A DNA stretch of 64,000 nt, taken from Hypanus sabinus (taxonomy: Eukaryota). Made by a program: the position numbers and the translations under genes. This document shows, piece by piece, positions 50,641 to 63,694 of this stretch (position 1 is the stretch's first letter; each line of letters begins with the position of its first letter). The notes beneath the pieces were generated by a model, which was given only the letters and a program-made list of their open reading frames with translations, did no database searches and was not told the DNA's origin. The DNA is taken from positions 148,614,001-148,678,000 of the forward strand of contig NC_082706.1 in the NCBI RefSeq assembly GCF_030144855.1, in the 5' to 3' direction.

Positions 50641-52772
50641 CTGCACAATGGAGAAATATTCAACATCCAGACTTCCAATGCTACTTCTGTTATTTAACTT
50701 CTATTTCACTTTTTTCTCTCCTCCAATGCTCATAATTTCATCCCAATGCCAAATCACCCATAGCACGACCTACATGGTAAATACAACATTACCATTAGAA
50801 GATCTACCAGAGCCAGCTTTTCAGATGAAGCAATCCTAATCCACGTGTGGGTGTCCTGAAAAATACCACTTCCAAACCAGGTGATTCTCTTCTATTACTT
50901 TAGTGTGTCTCAGTTAACACTTATCCTTCCTTCTCTACTTGTAGTGACATTACACAAAACTCTAAATTCAAAACAAGTTGCAACATCAAGCAGTGATTTT
51001 CAGTCTCAATTCTTTTGAACTAAGTAAATTCCAGATAAATGTGAATTATTTATCAGTGGTATTTTGTTGAACCCATGGAATTTTATATTGTGTTTTGCAT
51101 ATTTCAGATGTATTGTATTTTGAAGAATTAGCTGTCTTTTTTAAATGGATTTGCTAACATTCATTAATGCCTTCAGACCACAGATCTTCTGCTACTCTAA
51201 ACAGTAGAATATTAAAATGGATTCCATGAATTCAATGACTTAGTAATTCTATTTTTTTTACTATTCATTTGGCAATGTTAGAGTTTATTGTTTGCAGAGT
51301 TTAATTCCAGCAAGGGCAACTGAAGAGATTGTGCATGCTAATTGATGCTATGATATAGTCCATTGCTCAGAGAGAGCACCAGCTAGCATGTACTTCACAC
51401 GGTGGCAAACAATAATGGTTCATTTATAATAATAGTAATCTTCAAGAAGCAGTTATTATAGCATTGACTAAATAATTATAAGAGGTCTTTGAAACTCTTG
51501 AGGAAAGAAAGCCATATAAAAAGATATCATTAAAGTGGCAGACTACGGAGAACAAAGATTCTTGTGTCAGTGAAGGTCCTGGTGCAGAGGTAACCAACAT
51601 ATGACACAACAGAGAGCACAGAAATTCAAAAACAGTGATTACCAGCTTCAGCAAAGATGGTTTCCCTGTTGCTGCATAACTGTATTGGATGACATGGGTA
51701 CAGTGAGAGAAAATCCAAGCAGAGCTAATGCACCCAAGGGAATCAAGCCAATTTTCTACCCATTGTGGTATTTGTGAAGGAAGTAAGCAAACTTGGGCTT
51801 CCCTCCATAAATTTACCTCTGCTGTACCTCTTCCCATGCTACAGAGGGTGAATTCCAATCTATGCAAAGATAAATTGTGACGTCCTTGCATTTCACATGC
51901 AGTAGGACTGATTGGCCGTGTGGTTGACAAGTCCCTTGAGGTGCAGATTCCATCTGTGAAAGCAAAACAGGTCCATATAGAACATACAGTTGCATGCTTC
52001 AGTCGCCTTCTTCATATTGTTAGATTTTCACCTGGAGACTTGGACCTCAAAGGTGAACACGAGCAGATGGTGAAGAAAAGACAGCAGAGGAGAGCCCATG
52101 GCAGAAAGCACAGTGCTCTCCAAATTCTGCTCTGCTGGAGGGCTGTTACTAGAAAAGCAATACTCTGCACAGCAGGCACAATATTGCCATGCATTGGCAG
52201 GAATTCCAAACACTGACATGATTGCTGAAAGACAGTAATAAACTACTGAGATTTTATACTTGTTCCAATAACGAATAGCACACAGTATTTTGAAGTAGAA
52301 TTGACATTATTCTGAAGGAAACCCAAGAGCCAATCTGCACACATCAAGTCACTCAATAAGTGATGTTAATTAAAGAATGAATAATTGCCAGGACACTTTC
52401 TACTGCTTTACACTAAGAGTTATGAGATCTTTTACAACCACTTGATTTCACCTCTCATCTGATTGATGGTACCTCTTTCAGTGCTGTAATGAATCTTGAT
52501 CACAGTGCTGAAGTGTGAGTTGAACTCAGAATCTTCTGATTCCAAAACGATTGTACCACCCACCAACCTACAGCTGCCATGGTGAAAGGAGTATTCTACT
52601 TTTCTCATCCATGAGCAAATGAAGACAGATGATAATATAGAACATATAGCACTTGGTTGACCATGATGTTGTACTGATCATGATACCAATTTATACTAAA
52701 TGTCTAACCTCTGTGTACCAACCATATTGTTCCATTCATATTTCCATACCTCCATTCTAACTCCTAACAGGC

Positions 52773-52885
52773 CAGGATGGCATTTTACTTCCCGTGTGCC
52801 AGGGACAAGAATGTCTCGCAGTGGGTAGGGGACAGTCTGAGGGGGCAGGTCATGGTCGTGGACCAGAGGTCGTGGTCCACATAGG
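52773..52885 (+). pseudogene. CR1 ORF1 esterase fragment, cut by the BEL insertion
   Basis: RMAFYFPCARDKNVS..PEVVVHIG matches the ORF1 motif at 11515-11733 and stops at the LTR edge. Confidence 0.7.
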
Positions 52886-53431
52886 TATTCTGCTGCCCTT
52901 GCAGAGCACATGTACAAAGTTCAGCAGCCAGTTGAACACTTCCTCAAAAATCACCTGAGATGGAAGATTTTTTCAGGGTTTTTATTGAGATTGGTCTTGT
53001 GAAACTGCAGAAAGTTTAGTAAAATACATATTAATTTCAATACAGGATCACCGCATGCCTGAATATACTAATACGGTTAATTATTCCCGTAATCGGTGCT
53101 AACCAAGATAATATGAATATGCATATTATCCATAACTATACCATGTAACTAAGAATATACACATGGCTTAATATCATAATAAAGATAAACAATAAGCATA
53201 ATACTTCAAAGTATATCTAGAAATGTTTACTGATATTAACAAAGCATAAGGCTTACTGATATTGATATTTTTAGGCAAATAAAGAGAGGATGGAGATCCA
53301 CCGTGTGTATCAGGTTGAATCCAAATTATCTCATGCAGGAAATAAGATAAAATACAACTTGCATACAGGAAGTGATGTTGATACAAAACAAGCTCCATAC
53401 TGAACAAACTGTACCTCTCAAGGCCAGAACA
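52886..53431 (-). repeat. BEL/Pao 3' LTR
   Basis: TATTCT...AGAACA termini (TG..CA with one mutation), followed by the PPT complement CTCACCACCTGCC. Homologous to 63695-64000 (CTTGTGAAACTGCAG, AGTAAAATAC, AATCGGTGCTAACCAA, CATAATACTTC). Confidence 0.85.
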
Positions 53432-53524
53432 CTCACCACCTGCCATCTATAGGGTGTCAGATTGAACTATGGAAATAAAACATTAAGTGATTAAGTCTTT
53501 GCCTAAAGAAGGGTGGTCTCAGAG

Positions 53525-55235
53525 ACTCATAAGACATGGGAGCAGAATTAGGCCATTCAGCCCATTGAATCTGTTCCACTATTCCATCATGGCTGATCCC
53601 AATTCCCACTCAATTCCATACACCTGTCATCTCGCCATATCCTTTGATACCCTGACCAATTCAGGAAACGATCAATTCCACTTAAATATACGCACGGACT
53701 TGGCCTCTGCCGCAGTCAGTGGCAAAGCATTCCACAGATTTACTACTCTGGCTAAAAAAAATTTATTCTTACCTCTATTCTAAAGAGCTGCCCCTCAGTT
53801 TTGAGGCTGTGCCCTCTAAGTCTGAATACCCCCACCATAGGAAACATCCTCTCACGTCCACCCTATCTAGTCCTTTCAACATTCAGTAGGTTTCAATGAG
53901 ACATCCCCGTATTCTTCTAAATTCCATTGAGTACAAGCCCAAAGCTGCCAAAAGCTCTTCGTGTGTTTACCCTTCATTCCGGAATTATCTTCATGAACTT
54001 TCCCTGGTCTCTCTCCAATGCCAACACATCCTTTCTGAGATATGGTCCCAGAACTGTTGATAATACTCTGTGTGGTCTGACCAGTGTCTTATAAAGGATC
54101 AGCATTATCTCCTTGATTTTATATTCTGTTCCTCTTGAAATAAATGCCAACATTGCATTTACCTTCTTTGCCACAGACTCAACCTGTAAATTAAACTTCT
54201 GGGAGTCTTGCATGAGGACTCTTAAATAAATCCTTCTGCGCCTCTGATGTCTGAACCCTCTCCCCATTTAGATAATAGTCCACACTATTATTCTTTTTAC
54301 CAAAATGTATTATCATACATTTCCTAACACTGTATTCTATCTGCCACTTTTTTGCCAATTCTTCCAATTTGTCTTAAGTCCTGCTGCAATCACATTGCTT
54401 CCTCAGCACTATCTACCCCTCCACCTATCTTTATATCATCTGCAAACTTTGCCACAAAGCCATCAATTCCACTATCTAAATCATTTACAAACAATGTGAA
54501 AAGCAATGGTCCCAATACTGACCCCAGTGGAACACCATTAATCACCAGCAATCAACCAGAAGAGTCCCCTTTTATTTCCAATTGCTACCTCCTCCCTGTC
54601 AGCCATTCCACTAACCATGCCAGTATCTTTCCTGTTATGGAATAGGATTTTATCTTGTTGAGCAGCCTCATGTGTGGCACCTTATCAAATGCCTTCTGAA
54701 AGTCCAATTAAGTGACATCCCCTTGATCCACTTTTTTCCACCCTGCTTGTTACTTAAAGACCTTTAATAGACTTGTCAGGCAAGATTTCCCTTTACAGAA
54801 TCCATGCTGACTTTGACTTATTTTTATCATTAGTCTCCAAATACTTCTAAGCCTCATCCTTAATAATAGGCTCCAACACTTTCCCAACCACTGAGGTTAG
54901 GCTAACTGGCCTATAGTTTCCTTTCTTTTGCCTTCCTCCATTCTTAAAGAGTGGAGTGACATTTGCAATCTTACAGTCTTCTGGGATCATGCCAAAGTCA
55001 AGTGATTCTTGAAAGATCATGACCAATGCATCTGTTATCTCTTCAGCAACCTCTCTCAGGACTCTGGGATATAGCCCATCTGGCTCAGGTGAATTATGCA
55101 ACTTAAGACCTTTCAGTTTGCCTAGCACTTTTTCATTTCTATTCCTTTTAAGTGCAATGGCACTAACTTCTGCTCCCTGACACTCATGGACCTCTAGCAC
55201 ACTGCTAGAGTCTTCCACAGTGAAGACAGATGAAA
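53525..55235 (-). mobile_element. CR1 LINE 5'-truncated copy nested in BEL
   Basis: ORFs 54847-55218 (GNYRPVSLTSVVGK) and 53974-54267 (LYKTLVRPH). Confidence 0.92.
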
Positions 55236-55269
55236 ACAGTCTTTAACTGTTCTCATTTTAAATATACCA

Positions 55270-57112
55270 TTTAACCATATAACAATCACAGCACGGAAAC
55301 AGGCCATCTCGGCCCTCCTAGTCCATGCCGAACTCTTAATCTCACCTAGTCCCACCTACCCGCACTCAGCCCATAACCCTCCACTCCTTTCCTGTCCATA
55401 TACCTATCCAATTTTACCTTAAATGACACAACTGAACTGGCCTCTACTACTTCTACAGGAAGCTCATTCCACACAGCTATCACTCTCTGAGTAAAGAAAT
55501 ACCCCCTCGTGTTTCCCTTAAACTTCTGCCCCCTAACTTTCAAATCATGTCCTCTCGTTTGAATCTCCCCTACTCTCAATGGAAACAGCCTATTCACGTC
55601 AACTCTATCTATCCCTCTCAAAATTTTAAATACCTCGATCAAATCCCCCCTCAACCTTCTACGCTCCAATGAATAGAGACCTAACTTGTTCAACCTTTCT
55701 CTGTAACTTAACTGCTGAAACCCAGGTAACATCCTAGTAAATCGTCTCTGCACTCTCTCTAATTTATTGATATCTTTCCTATAATTCGGTGACCAGAACT
55801 GCACACAATATTCTAAATTTGGCCTTACCAATGCCTTGTACAATTTTAACATTACATCCCAACTTCTGTACTCAATGCTTTGATTTATAAAGGCCAGCGT
55901 TCCAAAAGCCTTCTTCACCACCCTATCTACATGAGACTCCACCTTCAGGGAATTATGCACTGTTATTCCTAGATCTCTCTGTTCCTCTGCATTCCTCAAT
56001 GCCCTACCATTTACCCTGTATGTTCTATTTGGATTATTCCTGCCAAAATGTAGAACCTCACACTTCTCTGCATTAAACTCCATCTGCCAACATTCAGCCC
56101 ATTCTTCTAACCGGCATAAATCTCCCTGCAAGCTTTGAAAACCCACCTCATTATCCACAACACCTCCTACCTTAGTATCATCTGCATACTTACTAATCCA
56201 ATTTATCACTCCATCATCCAGATCATTTATGTATATTACAAACAACATTGGGCCCAAAACAGATACCTGAGGCACCCCGCTAGTCACTGGCCTCCATCCC
56301 GATAAACAATTATCCACCACTACTCTCTGGCATCTCCCATCTAGCTACTGTTGAATCCATTTTATTACTCCAGCATTAATACCTAACGACTGAACCTTCT
56401 TAACTAACCTTCCATGTGGAACTTTGTCAAAGGCCTTGCTGAAGTCCATATAGACTACATCCACTGCCTTACCCTCATCAACATTCCTCATAACTTATTC
56501 AAAAAATTCAATAAGGTTTGTCAAACATGACCTTCCACGCATAAGTCCATGCTGGCTACTCCTAATCAGATCCTATCTATCCAGATAATTATTAATACTA
56601 TCTCTAAGAATACCTTCCATTAATTTACCCACCACTGATGTCAAACTGACAGGTCTATAATTGCTAGGCTTACTTCTAGAACCCTTTTTAAACAATGGAA
56701 CCACATGAGCAATACGCCAATCCTCCGGCACAATCCCAGTTTCTAATGACATCTTAAAGATCTCTGTCAGAGCTCCTGCTATCTCTACACAAACTTCCCT
56801 CAAGGTCCTGGGAAATATCCTGTCAGGACCCAGAGATTTATCCACTTTTAAATTTTTTAAAAGCACCAGTACTTCCACCTCTTTAATTGTCATAGGTTCC
56901 ATAATTTCCTTACTTGTTTCCCACACCTTACACAATTCAATATCCTTCTCCTTAGTGAATACCGAAGAGAAGAAATCGTTCAAAATCTCTCCCATCTCCC
57001 TCGGCTTCACACATAGCTGACCACTCTGATTCTCTAAGGGGCCAATTTTATCCCTCACTATCCTCTTGCTTTTAATATAACTGTCCTATCCTCTTGCTTT
57101 TAATATAACTGT
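55270..57112 (-). mobile_element. Very young 5'-truncated CR1 LINE nested in BEL
   Basis: Uninterrupted 324-aa ORF 55346-56320 (SKYADDTK) and ORF 56573-57058; (TATATGGT)n tail; TATACCA flanks both ends. Confidence 0.96.
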
Positions 57113-59334
57113 ATACCAGCCTTGATGTTAGTCCCAGTGGGGATCAGCAAAGAATGTCAGTTAACCATTGGGAGAGGGTGAGCTGATTAGCTTGGAGCCC
57201 TCTGTGGCATGATCAGCTATGTTGAGATCAATAGCACCATAGTTCCATTGGCTCTTCTGAGTTCATCGCTTGATACATTGGATCCTATCACATACATAAG
57301 CATAGGATCTCCTTCTTTCATTAAAATTTATAATCGAACACAACCTTGTTATGGCAATGAACTTTATATCAACTAGTTCTATGTCCAGTTCTTTGGTTAC
57401 TATCTCTGCTATCCCAACTAAGCTTTGGTATGGTGAGATCTGGTCTGAGAGCTTTGCCCAGGATGAATCCAACTTCACTATATCCAGCAGTGTCCCTGAC
57501 CTGCAGCTCTGCACAGCAGCTGTAGCTTTAGCTGATGCATCACAGAAAATGCAGGCTTTTTTTAAAGCTGTGTATAGTGGAAATTTTGTGTAGATTTTTG
57601 GAATCTTCAAAGCTGTATCGGAAGAACACCACTGCTACCACTGCTCACATTTCTCCTCGGTGGGGCATCCCATCCACAGCTGACTCCTTCGTCTGCACTA
57701 GAAAATTATTTAATACCATCATCAATATAGAAATGCCTCACTATTTATCTCTGTGCTTCAGTCCGGAATCTCTTCTCCCACTCAATAGCTGTCCTCTTAA
57801 GGCCATAGATTGCCACAACCGAACTGTTTGACTCATCTGTGCTAGCCTCTTTGTTCATGATTCAAAGGAAGACCTCACCTTTGATGGAAGCTGCCAGTTT
57901 ATAATTATCTTCTGAGTGACAGAAGACCTGCTTGCCTAAATCTGGTTGAGCAGAAGTATGTCAGGGAGCTTGGTTTGCTTACCTACAATCTTCTCTTTCA
58001 TCAGATTCTACTCTCACAGGGTCTAAATGACTCAGGTGCCAGTTCTCCAGAACATTAGTCTTAAATGTGCTGACATGGTCTGATGAGCATTACTGAGGCA
58101 ACCCAGGTCCAGTCAGTGGGCATAAGGTGCATTGTGTTGACCACTGCACTGTTCACATACTTCATGTGAATGGATGGTGTCTCTGCCAAGTAAAAGTAAA
58201 ATCTCAGCAGAAGAGTCAGGGGTGGGGGGGGTGGTATCTTGTCAGCTATCCCTGTTGTTGGGATTATAGTTGCACTCAATGAGGGTTTGACAAGAGTAAG
58301 CAAACCATCACTCCTATTGACTCCATGAAAAATCTACTGGCTCTTCTTCAAGCAACTTCTGATGTTCCAGAACATATGTTTAGAGTGTATGGGAAGCAGA
58401 ACTTTGAATACCAAATATATCAAGGAATGTTGATTTTGCCAATGACACATTGCTCTGATCATCCAATATCACATATACCTTTAGTTTTTTGCTCAGCATT
58501 GATGTTGGCTAGAGCAGGATTTGCCATGAAAGTCTTTCCCACATGCCTCTGTGCATGAGGAAGCAGCTACATCTAATGGATGCTCAGCTGACTCCCATCA
58601 TCTGAGAGTGTGCTGGAACCAGTAGTAGCCCAAGGTGCTGGCCCTGAATGAAGTGCTACTATGTACTGGTCACTGTGGCACTCAGTGCAGTGTATGATAG
58701 CTTTACAGTCTTTTGCTTGGTGCTCTGTTGATGCACAATGTTTGAAAGACACTCCTTTAGAAGGTATCTCCAGCCTGCAAGCTCCGAAAGTTCTACATTT
58801 CCTCAAGGGGTGAGGGCAGGGCATTGTCTATCAAAGTACATAATAGAATTTTCTACTTCAGGTTTGTTTACTGTAATAAAGGTTCTGGTTTTCAATGCAT
58901 TTGTTGGAGATCTCCCTTTGAATGAGGCGTTGCCAGAAGTTGAGAGCACAAAACTAGGGTCAGTTCACATTTCTGCATGGCAGCAGACAAATTCCATGAA
59001 TTATGAAAACGGCAGATAGTTGGTATAACGTTTCATTCTATACTTGAAACGTTCAGTTAGCCACTGCTCATGCACGTTGCTTGACAGTTTCACCACTAGA
59101 GGGTTTATTCCTCTTGCTGTGTCCAAGAAACTCAATCCTGGCAGGTAACCCTTGTTTTTTGCAGCTTGCAGTTCCAACAACAGGTCTGCATGCTCCAATA
59201 GTTTCCGCAGTTCTTTGTGTGAGAGCTTTGGAAAATAATCTAATCTGCTGAAGACAGATTTTTTGATTGCCTCTGGAGAGCCAGAGTATTTGTAAACCCT
59301 TCACTGCAAACTACCCTAACCCTTCGTGCATCCC

Positions 59335-62268
59335 CATGGTCCATGGGGATGTGTGCTTAGCCCACTGATCTACTCTCTCTACATCCATGATTGTGTGGCT
59401 GGGAATAGCTCAAATACCATCTACAAATTTGCTGATGATGCAGGCATTTTTGAGAGAATTTCAGATGGTGACAGATCAGAATCAGAATCAGGTTTATTAT
59501 CAACGGCATGTATCATGAAATTTGTTAACTTAGCAGCAGCTGTTCAGTGCGATATATAATACAGAAGAAGAAAAAGATTAAAATAATAATAAATAAAACA
59601 ATTACAGCATACATATAATGAATAGATTAAAAATCATGCAAAAACAAATTATAGTTACTTAAAAAGTAAGGTAGTGTTCACGGGATCAATGTCCATTTAG
59701 AAATTGGATGGCAGAGGGGAAGAAGCTGTTCCTGAATCACTGAGTGTGTGCCTTCAAGCTTCTGTACCTCCTTCCTAATGGTAACAGTGAGAAAATGGCA
59801 TGCCCTGGGTGCTGGGGGTCCTTAATAATGGACGCTGTCTTTCTGAGATACTGCTCATTGAAGATGTCCTGGGTACTTTGTAGGCTAGTACCCAAGGTGG
59901 ATTCGGCTAAATCCTTAATCCTCTTTAGCTTCTTTCCTGTGCAGTAGCCCCCCCCCCACATACCAGACAGTGATGCAGCCTGTCAGAATGGTTTCCACAT
60001 TATATCTATAGAAGTATTTGAGTGTTTTTGTTGACATATCAAATCTCTTTGAACTCCTAATGAAGTATAGTCACTGGCTTGCCTTTTTTGTATCTGCATC
60101 GATATGTTGGGACCTGGTTAGGTCCTCAGAGATTTTGACACCCAGGAACTTGAAACTGCTCACTGTCTCCACTTCTGAGCCCTCTATGATCGGTATGTGT
60201 TCCTTTGTCTTACCCTTCCTGAAGTCCACAATCGGCTCTTTCATCTTACTGATGTTGAGTGCAAGGTTGTTGCTGTGACACCATTCCTCTAGTTGGCATA
60301 TCTCGCTCCTGTATGCCCTTTTGTCTCCATCTGAGATTCTACCAACAATAGTTGTATCATCAGCAAGTTTATAGATGGTATTTGAGCTATGCATAGCCAC
60401 AGAGTCATGGATATAGAGAGAGTAGAGCAGTGGGCTAAGCACACACCCCTGAGGTGCACCAGTGTTGATTGTCAGCGAGGAGGAGATATTATCACCAATC
60501 TGCACAGACTGTGGTCTTCCAGTTAAGAAGTCAAGGAGCCAATTGCAGAGGGAGGTACAGAGGCCCAGATTCTGTAACTTATCAATCAGGATTGTGGGAA
60601 TGATGGTATTAAATGCTGAGCTATAGTCGATGAACAGCATCCTGACATAGGTGTTTGTATTGTCCAGGTGGTCTAAGGTCACGTGAAGAACCATTGAGAT
60701 TGCATCTGGCGTTAATCTATTGCGGCAATAGCCAAATTGCAGTGGGTCCAGGACCTTGCTGAGGCAGGAGTTCGGTCTAGTCATAACCAATCTCTCAAAG
60801 CATTTCCTCACTATCAATGTGAGTGCTACTGGGTGATAGTCGTTAAGGCAGCTCACATTATTCTCCTTAGGCACAGGTATAATTGTTGCCTTTTTGAAGC
60901 AAGTGGGAACTTCTGCCCATAGCAGTGAGAGGTTGAAAATGTCCTGAATACTCCCACCAGTTGGTTGGCACAAATTTTCGGAACCTTACCGGGTACTCCT
61001 TTGGGACTTTCTGCCTTGTGAGGTTTCACTCTCTTTAAAGACAGTCTAACATCAGCCTCTGAGACAAAGATCACAGAGCCATCAGGTGCAACAGGGATTT
61101 TCACAGCTGTAGTTATATTCTCTATATCAAAGTGGGAATAGAAGGCGTTGAGTTCATCTGGTACAGAAGCATCGCTACTATTCATGCTACTGGGTTTCGC
61201 TTTGTAGGTAGTAATGTCTTGCAAACCCTGCCAGAGTTGTTGTACATCCGATGTCGCCTTCAACCTCATTTGAATTTGTCTCTTTGTCCTTGAAATAGCC
61301 CTCAGCAAATCATACCTGGTTTTCTGGTACAGGCCTGGGTCACCAGGCTTGAATGCCACAGATCTAGCCTTCAGCAGATGACGTACTTTCTGGTTCATCC
61401 ACAGCTTTTGATTTGGGAACGTACAGTAAGTCTTTGTAAGCGCACACTCATTCACACAGGAAGGAAGACATACAGAAGAGAGATATATCAGTTAGTTGAG
61501 TGATGTCGCAGCAACAACCTTGCACTCAACATCAGCAAGATAAAAGAGCTGATTGTGGACTTCTGGAAGGGTAAGACAAGGGAACACAAATCAATCCTCA
61601 TAGAGGGATCAGAAGTGGAGCGAGTGAGCACTTTCAAGTTGCTGTGTGTCTATATCTCCGAGGACCTAACCTGGATTCAATATATTGATGCAGCTATAAA
61701 GAAGACAAGACAGCAGCAATATTTCATAGAGTCTGAGGAGATTTGGTCTGTCAACTAAAACATTCAAAGACTTGGACAAATGTACTATGGAGAGCAATCT
61801 GACTGACTGGTATGGGGGAGGGCTACTGCACATGATCAAAATAAGTTTTGGAAACTTGTAAAATTACTCAGCTCTATCATGGGCACCAGTCTCCAAGACA
61901 TCTTCAAGGAGTGGTGCATTAGGTGTCCATCATTAAGGATCCCACCACCAGGCCATGCCCTCTTCACACTGTTACCAGTGGGAAGGAGATACAGAAGCCT
62001 GAAGGCACACACTCAGCGATCAAGAACAGCTTCTTCCCCTCTGCCATTCAATTTCTAAACGGACAATGAACCCATGAACACCACCTCACTGCTTTTTTTA
62101 TTTCTGTGATTTTGCACTACTTGTTTTAACTTAACTATTTAATAGATATATGCTTAATGTAACAGCTTTTTCTCTATATTTATTTATTATATATTTCATT
62201 GCATGCTGTTGTAAAGTTAACAAATTTCATGACATACAATATGCCGGTGATATTAAATCTGATTCTGA
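59335..62268 (+). mobile_element. Rex1/Babar LINE (plus strand) split at 59474/61460 by a minus-strand Rex1 copy
   Basis: GCVLSPLIYSLYIHDCVA..YKFADDA..RISDGD stops at 59474 and resumes at ~61460 (..[17 protein letters not shown]). It ends in an ATCTGATTCTGA tail at ~62268. Confidence 0.88.
59475..61459 (-). mobile_element. Young Rex1/Babar LINE, 5'-truncated
   Basis: ORF 60071-60973 ([45 protein letters not shown]) and ORF 60853-61455; (ATTCTG)n tail at 59475-59492. Confidence 0.95.
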
Positions 62269-62920
62269 CACCCCACCAAGCCACCTACAGAGAAGATCTA
62301 GCTCTTCACTAGGCTTGAGACTTAGTCCTTCCATGGCATTACGAAGGCTTAACTTCCAGGACAGATAATTCGTAGAGAGATTGTTGAACGCTTTCAGTCA
62401 TACTGTGACATGGTCTCAACAAGCCAGATATAATCCTGAATGAGGACATTAGTCCTCATTGGTTTGCCAAACATGTGTCCTGGGGTGGATAGTAGTTCTG
62501 TCTGTCCACATCATGCAGATAGTAACATCTATTGTCTGAAGTCTTTGCTGTGATGAAACTGCAGAAGAGGGTGTCTTTGCTGCTGTAGACCTCGACTGTC
62601 AATAGGTAGAGCAGATGAAAGACATGTTGTTTGCGTGGTATGCACAGTTTCTCCTTTTAGAAGGCATTTGGACATAGTTTGTCAGATGCATTGGCTGTTA
62701 TGATGGCAAAGCATGACTGATTTTTCTTTTCGACTCAACACTGTTTAAGTCAGCTGCTGCTTCATACATCTTTGCCTCTACTAATGCAGCCTCAGCTTTA
62801 CCCTATTCCTTCAATGCACTTTATGTAGCCTCTGCACGTTCTCTCTCCATGTCTATGCTTCCTTTTCTGTTTCAATCTCAACTTTGCATTAGAAAGGATG
62901 CAAAGCATGTTGAGGCTTCC

Positions 62921-63465
62921 TAAAGCACTGGTGAGTCCTCACTTATAGTATTGTTAGCAATTTTGGACCCCGTATCTAAGAAAGGAAATGCGGACATTCG
63001 AGATGGTTCAATAGAGGCCCACAAAAATTACTGTGGGATTAAAAGGCTTATCACGAGGAGTGCCTGATGGCTCTGGGCCTGTACTCGCTGGAATTCAGAA
63101 GAATTTAAACCAATAGAATGTTGAAAGGCCTCGATGGAGAGGACGTTTCCTATGGTGGGGGAGTCTAAGACCAGAGCACACAACCTTGGAATAGAGGGAT
63201 ATCCATTTAGAACAGAGATGAGGAATTTCCTTAGCTAGAGAGTGATGAATCTATGAAAATTATTGCCAAGTCATTGGGTTTTTTTTAAGATAGAGGTTGA
63301 TAGATTTCTTCATGCCCTGACTAATCAAGAATCTATCAATATAGGGAGAAAGCAGGAGCTTCGGGCTGAGAGGGAAATGGATCAGCCATGATGAAATGGT
63401 TGACCAGTCTTGATAGGCCAAATGGCCTAATTCTGCTCCTATACCTTTTGATCTTATGGTCTTGT
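62921..63465 (+). mobile_element. CR1 LINE 3' fragment nested in BEL gag
   Basis: KALVSPHL.., GLYSLEFRR and a TCTTATGG-type tail; BEL gag is contiguous across it. Confidence 0.88.
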
Positions 63466-63694
63466 AAGCTGCTCTCATTTGTGCTGCTTCAGCTCTGACA
63501 CCGGCTCGTGCTGCAGCTGTGCTAATCAAGGGTTAATTCGAGCATTGTAACAACACAATCAATGTGTCCATTCTGGCCTCACTCCCAGGTCTTGGTGATC
63601 GATGGTGCTTAGGTCTGAAGCTCACATTGTCATTTTCAGCATTCAGGTGCAACTCCAGTCCACAGGTGATGCCTCTGAAAACAAGTTATCTTTT

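Noticed and set aside
51442-51930. 162-aa ORF as a host gene
   Set aside because: Non-ATG start, no recognisable domain and composition typical of random sequence. Kept only as a weak exon candidate.
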